From: Oligoflexales bacterium
Lineage (GTDB): Bacteria; Bdellovibrionota_B; Oligoflexia; Oligoflexales; RGVZ01
Direction: 5' to 3'
DNA length: 28,840 nt
Assembly: GCA_044236265.1 (NCBI GenBank)
Contig: JBIIGV010000027.1
Coordinates: 1 to 28,840 of the forward strand
Every line of letters begins with the position of its first letter. Within the stretch, counting starts at the first letter, position 1. The notes under the pieces were generated by a model. That model saw only the letters and a list, made by a program, of their open reading frames with translations, was not told the DNA's origin and made no database searches. Below are positions 17,388-26,931 of this stretch, one piece after another. Position numbers and translations under genes: made by a program.

Positions 17388-18236
17388 ATGCGTTGTTTGC
17401 TTGGTGCAGTCATTGGGCTTTCATTAGTCGTAGGCTGTAAAACGTCGACTGATGGGTCTAATTTAACCGAAACACCTGATCCAAATATTGAAGCAAATCA
17501 GGCTGCCCGTATAAAACAGACTGTATCCGAAGCTACTAATGCTCTCAATGGCGTATTAAAAGTTTTGGGCCCTAACAATTTACCAGTTATTTCCCCGGAA
17601 GCTCTTACTCAGACGAAATGCATTATCTCAATGCAGGTTGATCGTGGTGCAATTTTGATTGGTGGAAGCGGTGGCGAGGGCCTCATGTCTTGCCGTTTAC
17701 AAGCTGGCGGCTGGAGCGCCCCTTCGTTTTTGAAAACAGGTGGTTTTGATTTGGGAGCATCCATTGGTTTTGAGAGGATGCAGTCAGTCATTTTTGTTTC
17801 AGACGAAAGATTGGCCAAAGCTTGGCAATCGGATGGTTCGTTTGAAGTCGGTACTTACATGAAGGCTATTGCCGGGGATGCATCCGCAGCAATCCAGTCC
17901 ATGGGGCAAAATGGAATGGCAGTCGTTCAAGTTGCAAATGGTGGGCTCTACGCCGGTGTAGGAGTGAGGTTTTCCTCATTGGCGCATGCTCAGGAGACCA
18001 GAAATCAACCCGTTTACGGAGAAGTTCTTGGCAGCGGGATTCCTGCTGATGCGGGTGGGCGTCTTTGTTCAACCTATTTATTGCCAGGACGGCGTAACGG
18101 ATGTATCGCAGATTGGGAAAGACGTTCAGGCAAAAAACTTCGCCCAGTTCTATCCTCAATGATTTTCGAGCTGTCTGCTGATACAGCCCCCATGTTGACT
18201 AAGCCGTTTAACGATATTTTGCGTCAAGTTCCTTAA
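17388..18236 (+). CDS. lipoprotein with lipid-binding SYLF (Ysc84) domain
   Basis: Lipobox LVVG|C, GGSGGEGLMSCR..GWSAPSF and GGLYAGVGV. ATG 17388 has a GGAGG RBS, and TATAAT lies at 17347-17352. Confidence 0.82.
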   Translation: MRCLLGAVIGLSLVVGCKTSTDGSNLTETPDPNIEANQAARIKQTVSEATNALNGVLKVLGPNNLPVISPEALTQTKCIISMQVDRGAILIGGSGGEGLMSCRLQAGGWSAPSFLKTGGFDLGASIGFERMQSVIFVSDERLAKAWQSDGSFEVGTYMKAIAGDASAAIQSMGQNGMAVVQVANGGLYAGVGVRFSSLAHAQETRNQPVYGEVLGSGIPADAGGRLCSTYLLPGRRNGCIADWERRSGKKLRPVLSSMIFELSADTAPMLTKPFNDILRQVP

Positions 18237-18270
18237 GAGTTTGGAATAAGTTAGGAGAGACTGCGTCGTG

Positions 18271-18987
18271 ATGAATTATGCTTTGATCATTTTTATTGGC
18301 CTATCGGCTAGCGCTGCGTCAGCTGATGATAAAGTTTCAGGTATTTCTGCAACGGGAACTTGTGTCCGAAAAATTAGCGTGGACCGCGCCTCGATATCCC
18401 TCGCAAACACCTCGCTACAGCCAAGTCCGGGGCGAGCTATGCAGGAAGCAACTCGTGAGCATGAAAAGTTGCGCGCAGCTTTAAAAAACCTGAATCTGCC
18501 GGGCGCGGTTTTTGAGACAGATGATGTGCAGGTTCGAGAGGATCGGGAATGGGTTGGAAAAAAAATGGTCTCTCGTGGGTACTTGGCCCGTATCGGAATA
18601 TCCGTTGAAACGTCTGATATCGCAAAAATTGGAGACGTGATTGCAGTTGCTGGTAAACATAGCGTCAAAGATATTGGGGAGTTGACGACCTTTGTTTCAA
18701 AGGAGAAATACAAGGCTGAATACGAGGACTGCCTGGAGAACGCTGCTCGCAACGCTAAAGATAAAGCTCAGAAATTGGCTAAAGGTGCTGGAGTTAAAAT
18801 TGGAAAAGTCATCGATATTACCGAGGGTCGGAGTGGTCCATCGTATGATACGGGTGTTCGATTTAAGGGGGTAAGAGCCCTCGGAGCTAGTTTTGACGCA
18901 GCTGCCGCTGCAGAACCATCGCCAACGATTGAAGCAAAGCAAACGGAGATTACTGTCTCTGCTACGGTGTTATACAAGGTCGACTAA
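18271..18987 (+). CDS. SIMPL (DUF541) domain periplasmic protein
   Basis: Signal peptide, ISATG...DRA, A.RNAKDKAQKLA..AGVKIGKVIDI.E and C-terminal ITVSATVLY. Confidence 0.88.
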   Translation: MNYALIIFIGLSASAASADDKVSGISATGTCVRKISVDRASISLANTSLQPSPGRAMQEATREHEKLRAALKNLNLPGAVFETDDVQVREDREWVGKKMVSRGYLARIGISVETSDIAKIGDVIAVAGKHSVKDIGELTTFVSKEKYKAEYEDCLENAARNAKDKAQKLAKGAGVKIGKVIDITEGRSGPSYDTGVRFKGVRALGASFDAAAAAEPSPTIEAKQTEITVSATVLYKVD

Positions 18988-19005
18988 AGCCCGGGGTCCA
19001 TCTGC

Positions 19006-19971
19006 ATGATAAAGATTTCTGCATTGTCGCAAAAAATTCAAGGAGTGAGACAGGAAGAGCTTGCGCCGGAATTGAAGCGTTTCCTGGATGCGGCCTCGCG
19101 GGTTCTAGTTGAGAAGGAATCATCGCTTCGATTGTCTTGGTGCTGCATCATGGCAGGCGGGCATCTGCTCATTGAAGATGTTCCAGGCGTTGGTAAAACG
19201 ACAATGGTAAAATTGATCGCGAAACTATTTAATCTGCCGTGGAAGAGAATTCAATGTACGAGCGATATTCTTCCTGCGGACATCACCGGTGGAAGTGTTT
19301 TTGATCAAAAGAGCGGTGAGTTTTCCTTCATCAAAGGTCCGATTTTCGCCAATTTGGTGATGGCAGACGAGTTAAATCGTGCGTCACCGAAGTCTCAGAG
19401 CGCATTCCTTCAGGCTATGGAGGAAGGTGCTGTGACCGTTGACGGGACTATGCATGCACTTCCCTCTCCGTTTATCGTCGTAGCGACGCAAAACCCAATG
19501 GATAGTGCAGGTACCAATCCACTTCCGGAATCACAGTTGGACCGTTTTATGATGGCTATTAGTTTAGGTTTCCCGGCTAGATCCGGTGAGCGTAAGCTGC
19601 TCACCGAGCCGTCGCGAGCCGATTTAATTGAAGCCACATCACCGCTGTTTGATCTCGCGGAGTTGTCAAAGCTTCGAATGCAGATAAATTCGATTTACGT
19701 TGGCGATGCCGTTGCGGACTATATTTTAAATTTAGCTGAGTGGATTCGTGCTCGGGCGGAGGGGTGTAGTCCTCGCGCTCTCCTTGCTCTGACAGCCTGT
19801 GCAAAAGCATGGTCTTTTGGTTGTCAGCGGGACTTCATTCAGCCGTCAGACGTGCAGGCGGTAGCGCCCTTCGTGTTAGGCCATCGTTTAACCCCAAAAA
19901 ATGTCGGTCTGTCAGAATCTGGTTCTGATATCGTTGCAGCGGCACTTCGGTCAGTTCAGGTGGACGCTTAA
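19006..19971 (+). CDS. moxR: MoxR-family AAA+ ATPase
   Basis: Motifs GHLLIEDVPGVGKT, RIQCTSDILPADI, ADELNRASPKSQSA, VATQNP and LPESQLDRF. Confidence 0.93.
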   Translation: MIKISALSQKIQGVRQEELAPELKRFLDAASRVLVEKESSLRLSWCCIMAGGHLLIEDVPGVGKTTMVKLIAKLFNLPWKRIQCTSDILPADITGGSVFDQKSGEFSFIKGPIFANLVMADELNRASPKSQSAFLQAMEEGAVTVDGTMHALPSPFIVVATQNPMDSAGTNPLPESQLDRFMMAISLGFPARSGERKLLTEPSRADLIEATSPLFDLAELSKLRMQINSIYVGDAVADYILNLAEWIRARAEGCSPRALLALTACAKAWSFGCQRDFIQPSDVQAVAPFVLGHRLTPKNVGLSESGSDIVAAALRSVQVDA

Positions 19972-21069
19972 ATGAAGGCGCCAGTGCTGCTCAAGTCTCT
20001 TGTGAATCGGACAAGATTCTTCCTTAGTTATTTTCGTAGATCTAATCAAGTGCGGATTTATATCGTTCCGACGTGGTTTTGTTTTGCCTTTAATTCCGTG
20101 GTGGTCTTGACCGCGGTGATCGGCGTCTCACTGCAGCTTTATTCTGTTTTGGCTGCGTGCCTTCTCATCGTCTTTGTCGAATTGTTGTCAATGATTGAGG
20201 CTCACGTGAATCTACGTGATTTGAATGTATTGAAGGTGGAGGCCCAGTCAGCACAAGCGTTTGCGCCGACAAGTATGACGATCATGGTAGAATCTAGTAG
20301 TCAGACGCTTGGCGTTAGTTTTAGGTGCGTGAGTCATGAAGATGTGTTTCACACAAGAAAAATGTCTCTCTTACCTCGTCATTTAGGTGCTTATGCGAAA
20401 GAGGAGATCCTAAATGCTTTTCTTAGCTTTAGGGATAGGTATCGTAAGACAAAAGTCGAGGAGGCGAACATATCGGCCGCTGGCAAAAACATGGATCTTA
20501 CCTTTGAGGCGGGTAAAAGATCGATACATCGTCTGCCAAAAGTGATCGCCAGCTCTTTATTCCCGTTTGGTATGTTTCGAGTCTGGAGGGAGTTTTCTTT
20601 TGTTGGTGTATACGCTGCTTTTCCAATCCCATCGGGCGTCAGCCGAATAAGCAAGTTTGGTTCTGCGACGAATAATAACGATTTGAGAGAAAATTTGACA
20701 AAGTTGAGTCCGCAGTCTGAAATTGACTACTCGCATCATCGTGAGTATCTGCCAGGCGATCATTTATCCCGTATTGATTGGCGAGCATCTTCCAAATCAT
20801 CCAAAGCGCAGGTTCGGGTATACTCAGGTCAATCGGGTGATTCGAATACAGTTTTAAAATGGTCAGATACCAGCGGCAACAATGGGGAAGCCAGACTTTC
20901 TCAGCTAGCTCTTTGGCTCTATGAAGCGTTTGAAGCAAAACAATCGTTTTCTCTTGAGATGCCTGGGCTAGAGGTTCCATCAGGCGTAGGTGAGAGGCAT
21001 TTGAAACGATGTCTAACTGTATTGGCTGATTTTGACTTAGACCGCGCCCTTCCAGGAGGTCAATTGTGA
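19972..21069 (+). CDS. DUF58 domain membrane protein
   Basis: IYIVPT plus TM segments, FPFGMFRVW, REYLPGD..RIDWRAS, E.RLSQL and G.GERH. Directly follows moxR. Confidence 0.88.
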   Translation: MKAPVLLKSLVNRTRFFLSYFRRSNQVRIYIVPTWFCFAFNSVVVLTAVIGVSLQLYSVLAACLLIVFVELLSMIEAHVNLRDLNVLKVEAQSAQAFAPTSMTIMVESSSQTLGVSFRCVSHEDVFHTRKMSLLPRHLGAYAKEEILNAFLSFRDRYRKTKVEEANISAAGKNMDLTFEAGKRSIHRLPKVIASSLFPFGMFRVWREFSFVGVYAAFPIPSGVSRISKFGSATNNNDLRENLTKLSPQSEIDYSHHREYLPGDHLSRIDWRASSKSSKAQVRVYSGQSGDSNTVLKWSDTSGNNGEARLSQLALWLYEAFEAKQSFSLEMPGLEVPSGVGERHLKRCLTVLADFDLDRALPGGQL

Positions 21070-23051
21070 AGGAGCGATTTAAAACGATAGACATCGACTC
21101 GGTGGCATCAACCTTCATGATGTTGTTGGCGTTGGTTTTTGTGGATCGATTACGCTATTCACCAATGTTTTTAGTTCCTGTGTCCATGTTGGCGGTTGGT
21201 TTTTATCTTGCGGACTCCACTCGCAAAGGTTTCATCATACGGCTGCCGTGGAGAATGTTAATAACAGTCGCTGGTTTATGGCTAGCTTGGGTTTGCGGTG
21301 TATTTAAGCAGAGCCGAGCCTCGGCGCTGGTGTTTTTCTATTTATTGGTCTTATTTTTTTCTACGGCTCCCGACCGCTGGGGGCGGTGCTTGCGCATCCT
21401 CTGCGGTTTATTTGCTGGGGTAGTGCTTGTTGGATTTCTTCCTCCGGTTTGGGGCCTTCCGCTGTCACTTTTAATCATTATGCTTGCAATATCATCATTG
21501 ATTAGCGCATGGTCCGGGATGAGGCTTGTCCCATCCCTTGTATGGTTTTCGAAAAGGTCTATACGTAAGGAAACGATCTTTCTGATCGTCTTTCTTGCTG
21601 GTATTACCGCTATTGGTTTGCGACAGGCGCAAGAGTATGCGAGTCGCCAAAGTGGTCTATCAGGACTCTCCCGATTTATAACACCCGGCAGTATGCAACA
21701 TCTTCGTCTTTCATCTGCCTTGGCAATGCGTATTCAGTTCGCCAGTAAACCGGCTCTTTCCCAGTCTGAACTGTATCTGCGCGGTGAAGTTATGGATCAA
21801 GTCAAGGGATTCAATTGGAATCCCGGGCCAAGTCGCTTGGTGAAGGGCCGTGAACCGTTGGTTTCGGACATGGTCTATGATGTTTCCTTAAATGCTCGCT
21901 ATTCAGATTTTGTTCCGCTTCTTGAGTATGGTATTGCCGCCGAAACTGGGGTGAGCAACAAACAAAGATTTAGCGTACGAGATAATGGAGTTTTCCAGGC
22001 GATAAGCCATGAGGGTGGTTGGGCTTACTTTAGAGCTTACAGTCGCTTAACACCTGTGGATTCGTTGGCAGATGAGGATATCCCCCGACTCCTTCAGGTG
22101 CCGGAGCGCATTGATCCGAGGGTTGCTCGATTGGCAAAAGATTTAGCTCATGAAGGTGACGTTGATTATTTTGTCTCAGAGATAGCAAAATTTTTCAAAC
22201 GGGAAGGTTTCGAATACACTTTGCAGCCTCGTTATTCAGGACCGGACGTCGCAGATTTTCTTTTCAATTCTAAACAGGGCTACTGTGAACACTATGCTGC
22301 GGCAAGCGCTCTTCTTGCGAGGCAGGGTGGTATTCCATCGCGAGTTATCGCAGGGTTTTTAGGTGGTCAGTGGGACTCATCTGGAACTACACTGTATGTT
22401 CGTGATTTTGACGCGCATGCGTGGGTCGAACTTTGGGATAAGTCGCGTAGGGTATGGAGGCGAGTCGATCCAGTGTCGTTTGTCGCGCCAGACAGGGTTC
22501 AGGAGGGTGCCGAGATGTATCTGAGGTCTCAGGGTGTTCGCATTCCAGACTTCGGTTCAATTAAAAGCAGTATTTTATTTGCGAACATTTTAATGGGGCT
22601 GGACCAGTTGCTCGCATTTTTAGGAGGCCAATCGATCATTACCGCAGGCGGCGTAATGATAGACTATGGAGAGGAGCTTTCTTTACTAGGCGCTACTGGA
22701 CTTCTGTTTTCCTATTTGACTCTGCGAATCAGGCGCTATCGACGTGAGCGTCAAACAGCCGAACTGATGATGCTACGAAACTTGAATGATACGTTGAGCG
22801 TGATAGGTCAAGCCAGGGGGCCGGGGGAGACCGTTGATTTGTGGCTTAGACGGGTCGCTGGTAGGTTCCATTTGTTGGAGAACTCTGCAGAAAATTTTTC
22901 AGACTCCTACTGTCGTTATCGCTATAGCCGTAATCGTTCTGCGCAAGAGCTGCTCGTGATGGAAAAGGCGATCCGTGAAATGAAGGGATTGATACGTCAA
23001 ATCCAAAGAGATCCCACCTTTAATGTTAATAGATACGGAACACAATATTGA
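21066..23051 (+). CDS. TgpA-like membrane transglutaminase (DUF3488 + transglutaminase core)
   Basis: Multi-TM N-terminus, LYLRG, FEYTL.P, and a triad in GYCEHYA / AHAWVE / RVDP. GTGA overlap with the DUF58 gene. Confidence 0.9.
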   Translation: MKERFKTIDIDSVASTFMMLLALVFVDRLRYSPMFLVPVSMLAVGFYLADSTRKGFIIRLPWRMLITVAGLWLAWVCGVFKQSRASALVFFYLLVLFFSTAPDRWGRCLRILCGLFAGVVLVGFLPPVWGLPLSLLIIMLAISSLISAWSGMRLVPSLVWFSKRSIRKETIFLIVFLAGITAIGLRQAQEYASRQSGLSGLSRFITPGSMQHLRLSSALAMRIQFASKPALSQSELYLRGEVMDQVKGFNWNPGPSRLVKGREPLVSDMVYDVSLNARYSDFVPLLEYGIAAETGVSNKQRFSVRDNGVFQAISHEGGWAYFRAYSRLTPVDSLADEDIPRLLQVPERIDPRVARLAKDLAHEGDVDYFVSEIAKFFKREGFEYTLQPRYSGPDVADFLFNSKQGYCEHYAAASALLARQGGIPSRVIAGFLGGQWDSSGTTLYVRDFDAHAWVELWDKSRRVWRRVDPVSFVAPDRVQEGAEMYLRSQGVRIPDFGSIKSSILFANILMGLDQLLAFLGGQSIITAGGVMIDYGEELSLLGATGLLFSYLTLRIRRYRRERQTAELMMLRNLNDTLSVIGQARGPGETVDLWLRRVAGRFHLLENSAENFSDSYCRYRYSRNRSAQELLVMEKAIREMKGLIRQIQRDPTFNVNRYGTQY

Positions 23052-24106
23052 TGAGTGAGAGTATGACGGTAGATGTACTAATTATAGGTGCTGGAATTTG
23101 CGGAGTGACGATCGCTAGAGGATTGGAACAGGTAATCCCTGGTCAGTGGATTTTACTGGATAAGGGGCGAAGTGTGGGTGGGCGGTTAGCAACGAGGCGC
23201 ATTGGCATGCAGACGTTCGACCATGGAGCCCAGTTTTTCACTGTACGCAGCCATCAATTTACAGGTCTTTTGCGGGAGTTATTATCTGCAAATGTTGCCA
23301 AAGAGTGGTGTCGTGGATTCCAATCGGCGGATCTTTCCGGACCATCTGATGGCTATCCACGATATGCAGCCGTAGGTGGAATGAACAAACTCGTGAAATT
23401 TATGGCAAGGGATTTGCCGGTGCAACAGGTTATTTGTGGACGACGCGTAGTTAGGCTTGAAGACATCGGGTCTGCCCTTCGGGCTTTTGATCAGGATGGG
23501 GGATTTATCGATGCTCGTTATGTGGTTTTGACTGCTCCTGTTCCCCAATCTTTAGATATTGCACGTGACGCACTCCTAGCTGCCTCGTGTGACGACGTTG
23601 TAGCATCGCTTTCCTCGATTCACTATGAGCCTTGTTTGGCTGTCTTAGGAACGTTTGAAACGGAGTATCTGCCGAATTTTAATATTCCTGTTCAATGCGC
23701 TACTGGACCCTTAGCGTTTCTGAGTGATAACGGGCTTAAAGGGGTCTGTAGCTCTGCAGGAGCGCTGACCATCCATCTGTCTCACGATTTAAGTCGCACT
23801 TATTTTGACCAGTCAGATGCAGATGTTTTTACAGCAACTTTAAAGGCACTTGACGAGGTTTTTCCCGGATATAAATTTCGTCCGCTTGGCAATCTTTCAG
23901 TGCAGCGCTGGCGTTATGCGACACCTAAGACCGTTTTCAACTCAGCTTTTCTTGAAGTTTCTATTGGTAAGAAATCTGATAGGCGCTCGCCCAAGTTGTT
24001 TTTTGCGGGGGAAGCTTTTGGCGGACCCAAGATTGAGGGTGCATTTCTTTCCGGACTGGCAGTTCAAGACCGTATTTCGAAAGTTGGACCTTCTCTCGCA
24101 GAGTGA
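23051..24106 (+). CDS. renalase-like NAD(P)/FAD-dependent oxidoreductase
   Basis: IIGAGICG, DKGRSVGGRLATRR, FDHGAQFFT, QRWRYA and IEGAFLSG. TGATG coupling with the upstream gene. Confidence 0.9.
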   Translation: MSESMTVDVLIIGAGICGVTIARGLEQVIPGQWILLDKGRSVGGRLATRRIGMQTFDHGAQFFTVRSHQFTGLLRELLSANVAKEWCRGFQSADLSGPSDGYPRYAAVGGMNKLVKFMARDLPVQQVICGRRVVRLEDIGSALRAFDQDGGFIDARYVVLTAPVPQSLDIARDALLAASCDDVVASLSSIHYEPCLAVLGTFETEYLPNFNIPVQCATGPLAFLSDNGLKGVCSSAGALTIHLSHDLSRTYFDQSDADVFTATLKALDEVFPGYKFRPLGNLSVQRWRYATPKTVFNSAFLEVSIGKKSDRRSPKLFFAGEAFGGPKIEGAFLSGLAVQDRISKVGPSLAE

Positions 24107-24142
24107 GAGCAGATTGGGCCTAGAGATGAACTGTTTATTCGA

Positions 24143-24604
24143 TTATCGCTGCATTGCAGGTCCGCAGCAAAAAAACTCTTGGGAAAATGAAATTTGGCAA
24201 CTAGGAGTATAAGCGCTGCATTCGCAAGGCGTAGACTCCTGACGAGACGCCTCCTGGAATGTATAGTTCTCTCCACCAAGTTCGCATTCCATTTTCGCTC
24301 TCTGTTTGCGATCATCAAATTCATTAAGTGCCTCAGCGCGCGCTAACGCACAAAGCATGGCATCACCAGCTCCATGTACGACGATCGTTGAATAGAGTGG
24401 GGATGTACCTCCGGGACACCGAAGTCCATTTGCTAGATTCGATCCCAGCCCCGAGTTCTCAAAGTTTGACTGAATAAAAATAGAATTTGTCTTGAATTGC
24501 TGACGCTGATGTTGTGCTTCGCTTGCAGGTGATGTTGGGACTCGTGCGAAAAGCAGGCTGAATGAGATCATGATGAAGTTCAATCTGAGTCTTGCTGATG
24601 TCAT
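24143..24604 (-). CDS. small secreted cysteine-rich hypothetical protein
   Basis: Signal-peptide-like N-terminus and eight Cys in the mature part. Fills the gap convergent to the renalase gene. Confidence 0.65.
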   Translation of the reverse strand: MTSARLRLNFIMISFSLLFARVPTSPASEAQHQRQQFKTNSIFIQSNFENSGLGSNLANGLRCPGGTSPLYSTIVVHGAGDAMLCALARAEALNEFDDRKQRAKMECELGGENYTFQEASRQESTPCECSAYTPSCQISFSQEFFCCGPAMQR

Positions 24605-24641
24605 GCTTTATCAAGGCTTTTCAGCCCCCTCCTCAGACCCG

Positions 24642-24669
24642 TTAGCGGCATTTTTTGGCTGAAACTGAA
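24642..24669 (-). promoter_or_regulatory. putative sigma28-like promoter
   Basis: Minus strand TTCAGTTT-N12-GCCGCTAA, ~40 nt upstream of ATG 24604. Confidence 0.4.
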
Positions 24670-24822
24670 GAGAAAAAAGCGGAAAGCCCCGAAATGCAGG
24701 GTAAATAAGAATAATTACAGCTGTTTATCTTTAAGTTGGTGGGGTTGTTCAATCTTGTTCCGCTGTTGGCAGGCCTCGGCGAATCGTTTGCCTAAAAATA
24801 AGATTTTTTCTCAAATAATTTA

Positions 24823-24856
24823 GCCCCCCGGTACCTGCAAACGGCGACCGGGGGGC
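24823..24856 (-). terminator. GC-rich hairpin, probable terminator of the CHAP lipoprotein gene
   Basis: Perfect 10-bp inverted repeat GCCCCCCGGT/ACCGGGGGGC with a 14-nt loop, 11 nt past the stop codon. The U-tract is imperfect (UAAAUUAUUU). Confidence 0.6.
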
Positions 24857-24867
24857 CAAATTTTTGC

Positions 24868-26136
24868 TTATTTTACCTGAGCATCGATCAGATGGCCGTG
24901 CATCCATCCGGAACTGACGCCACGCTTGAGGCGCATAACACGATTGTTATAGTTTCCTTCGACTGTCCAAATGGACTTGAGAGCATGGTCGTAGGCAACG
25001 ATCATCAGGGTATGCGTTCCCAGATTAGTACCTTCGTACCGAATCAAGTCACCCATGACTGATTTTGTTTTAGCCAAGGTTGGTATGCGTGATGCGTTAC
25101 CCAGGGTTCTATATTGGCTAAAGAACGTTTTCGCCGAGTATTGGTAGGCGAGTTTAAAATCCTTAGCCACTGCCCAAGTGTAAAAACGGTCACACCAGCT
25201 ACCGGAAGCATATCCTTTGCTAGATTGGTAGTTCCCATGATCCCAATCATAGGACTCAGCCAAAGCTCGAAGCACTAAACGTCGGCGTGCTTGGGAAAGT
25301 TTATTCTCCTCTGCCGTCGCCACGTGGAATGGGTGACGCATGGTGACCGATGGCGGAGGTGTCGTGATCCCAGTTGACGCATTCGTAATCTTGACCCCCT
25401 CCAGCCGGTATACGGTGTTAGATGATAACTGATCGACCGTAAAGTCGAGGGTGTTACCATTTGACACAGGAACGACGCGAGACAGAGGCAACTTGATTTT
25501 CGAGTTGCTTAAGTTCACAAGGGTTCCCGTTACGTGTACCTGATTCGCGTTCTTGAGGGCGCCACTTTGCACGACCATGCGGATAACCGCTGCACTTGGA
25601 TGAGAACGCGAGAGCGTTCCATGATAGTCGTACGCGACTTGAGTATTTGGAACTGGCCTCATCTTCGGAAGTTCGTTCGGAGGCGGTAAAACCACCGCTG
25701 ACGGAGCACTGCCAGATGGTGTATCTCCATCTGTAGGCGACAATCCTTCGTGATCACTTGAATACAGGATACTGTTGCGATCACCGTCTCGTCTTACGAC
25801 GTGGGCAGAAAAATCTTGTCGAATGTCGATCGGTGCTTCCGAACGCCAAAAACCAGGAGATGTTTTTGTTAGTCCAATCAGATTTGCATCGGGACTTTGA
25901 CAGGTTGTCACTGCGCCGATACAAAGCCGCACATCGTCGTATTCAGCTGGTAGCTGAACGATTAGATGTGAAAACTCATCGTCCCCATCAATGGCGATGG
26001 AGCTTTGGGCTGCAATGTTTGCAGAGTCGTCGATCTGAGACGGTGTACCCGAACTGGTCTCATGGGGTTTGCCACAGGCAGTTGCGAGCAGAAGCCCGAT
26101 TGCGGCGCAGGCATGAGTTGGTTTAAAGCGTTTCAT
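24868..26136 (-). CDS. lipoprotein with C-terminal CHAP-like cysteine amidase/peptidase domain
   Basis: Lipobox LATA|C, strong AAAGGAGG RBS, and C-terminal WCDRF...GD...THT...TVEGN pattern (CHAP Cys/His/Glu). Confidence 0.78.
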   Translation of the reverse strand: MKRFKPTHACAAIGLLLATACGKPHETSSGTPSQIDDSANIAAQSSIAIDGDDEFSHLIVQLPAEYDDVRLCIGAVTTCQSPDANLIGLTKTSPGFWRSEAPIDIRQDFSAHVVRRDGDRNSILYSSDHEGLSPTDGDTPSGSAPSAVVLPPPNELPKMRPVPNTQVAYDYHGTLSRSHPSAAVIRMVVQSGALKNANQVHVTGTLVNLSNSKIKLPLSRVVPVSNGNTLDFTVDQLSSNTVYRLEGVKITNASTGITTPPPSVTMRHPFHVATAEENKLSQARRRLVLRALAESYDWDHGNYQSSKGYASGSWCDRFYTWAVAKDFKLAYQYSAKTFFSQYRTLGNASRIPTLAKTKSVMGDLIRYEGTNLGTHTLMIVAYDHALKSIWTVEGNYNNRVMRLKRGVSSGWMHGHLIDAQVK

Positions 26137-26546
26137 CGTGAGCCTCCTTTACTAGTTTGGCAGTTTCAGCATTCAATGGTCGATGAGCATACACGCTTAA
26201 TTATTAGAATCTCCTTAACATGTGAGTAAAAACCGCGCAAATTGAGGCAGGGGTCTGAGCGGCTTAAAAGTCTAATTAATACAGATATTTAAATGGCATC
26301 ATAATTTTTAATGAGTGGTAGCTCATTGTATTTTAATAGAAATTGCTGACCTCCGAACCTTCAGGGATTGTGTGGCAAATGCGCTACGTCGTGATTTTAG
26401 CCGCCGATTGCTAGATATTATTAGCAGGATGAATTTAGGCTCTAAGAATTTCCCCATAAAAATAGCCCTTTACAGATGCGCCACGGACACTGTTTTTGCA
26501 TCGAATTCTTTTGGGCAAGGCGACGACAGACCTCAAAGGAGTATTT

Positions 26547-26930
26547 ATGCGCACCAGCTATTTTTATGCTTTTACATGTTTAAGTCTGATTTTTTCTTTC
26601 GTGTCATTTGGTGCTTGGCTCGGAGCTGCGCAACCTGACATCCGAGATGTTCCAGCTGCGGAACATCGTGAACTATTGATGAGACGCCATCAGCAGATGG
26701 CCAGCTTGCATAGCAAAGTTGGAAAGTGTTTGGAGTCTGGGAAAAGCTATGAACAGTGCCATCAAGAGGCGCTTGAACAATATAATAAAGAGTTTGGCAC
26801 AGCTTGTCCGCGATTTGGCGAAGGTCGCATGGAAGATCGAGTCCATCATCATAAACATGGATGTTTTTGGATGACTTTGCCCCAGGATTTAGGTTCATCG
26901 CCGGATAAAAGTCAAAAAAAGTCGAAGTAG
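26547..26930 (+). CDS. small secreted His/Cys/Met-rich hypothetical protein
   Basis: AAGGAG RBS before ATG 26547, signal peptide, HQQMASLHSKVGKCLESGKSYEQCHQE and HHHKHGC. Confidence 0.75.
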   Translation: MRTSYFYAFTCLSLIFSFVSFGAWLGAAQPDIRDVPAAEHRELLMRRHQQMASLHSKVGKCLESGKSYEQCHQEALEQYNKEFGTACPRFGEGRMEDRVHHHKHGCFWMTLPQDLGSSPDKSQKKSK

Positions 26931-26931
26931 A

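Noticed and set aside
26484..26500. CGGACACTGTTTTTGCA as a sigma54 promoter
   Set aside because: The GG-to-GC spacing is 11 nt, not the required 10.
26315..26898. Alternative ORFs 26315..26638, 26572..26898 and the 26496 start
   Set aside because: They overlap the better-supported gene that starts at ATG 26547 with an AAGGAG RBS and a signal peptide.
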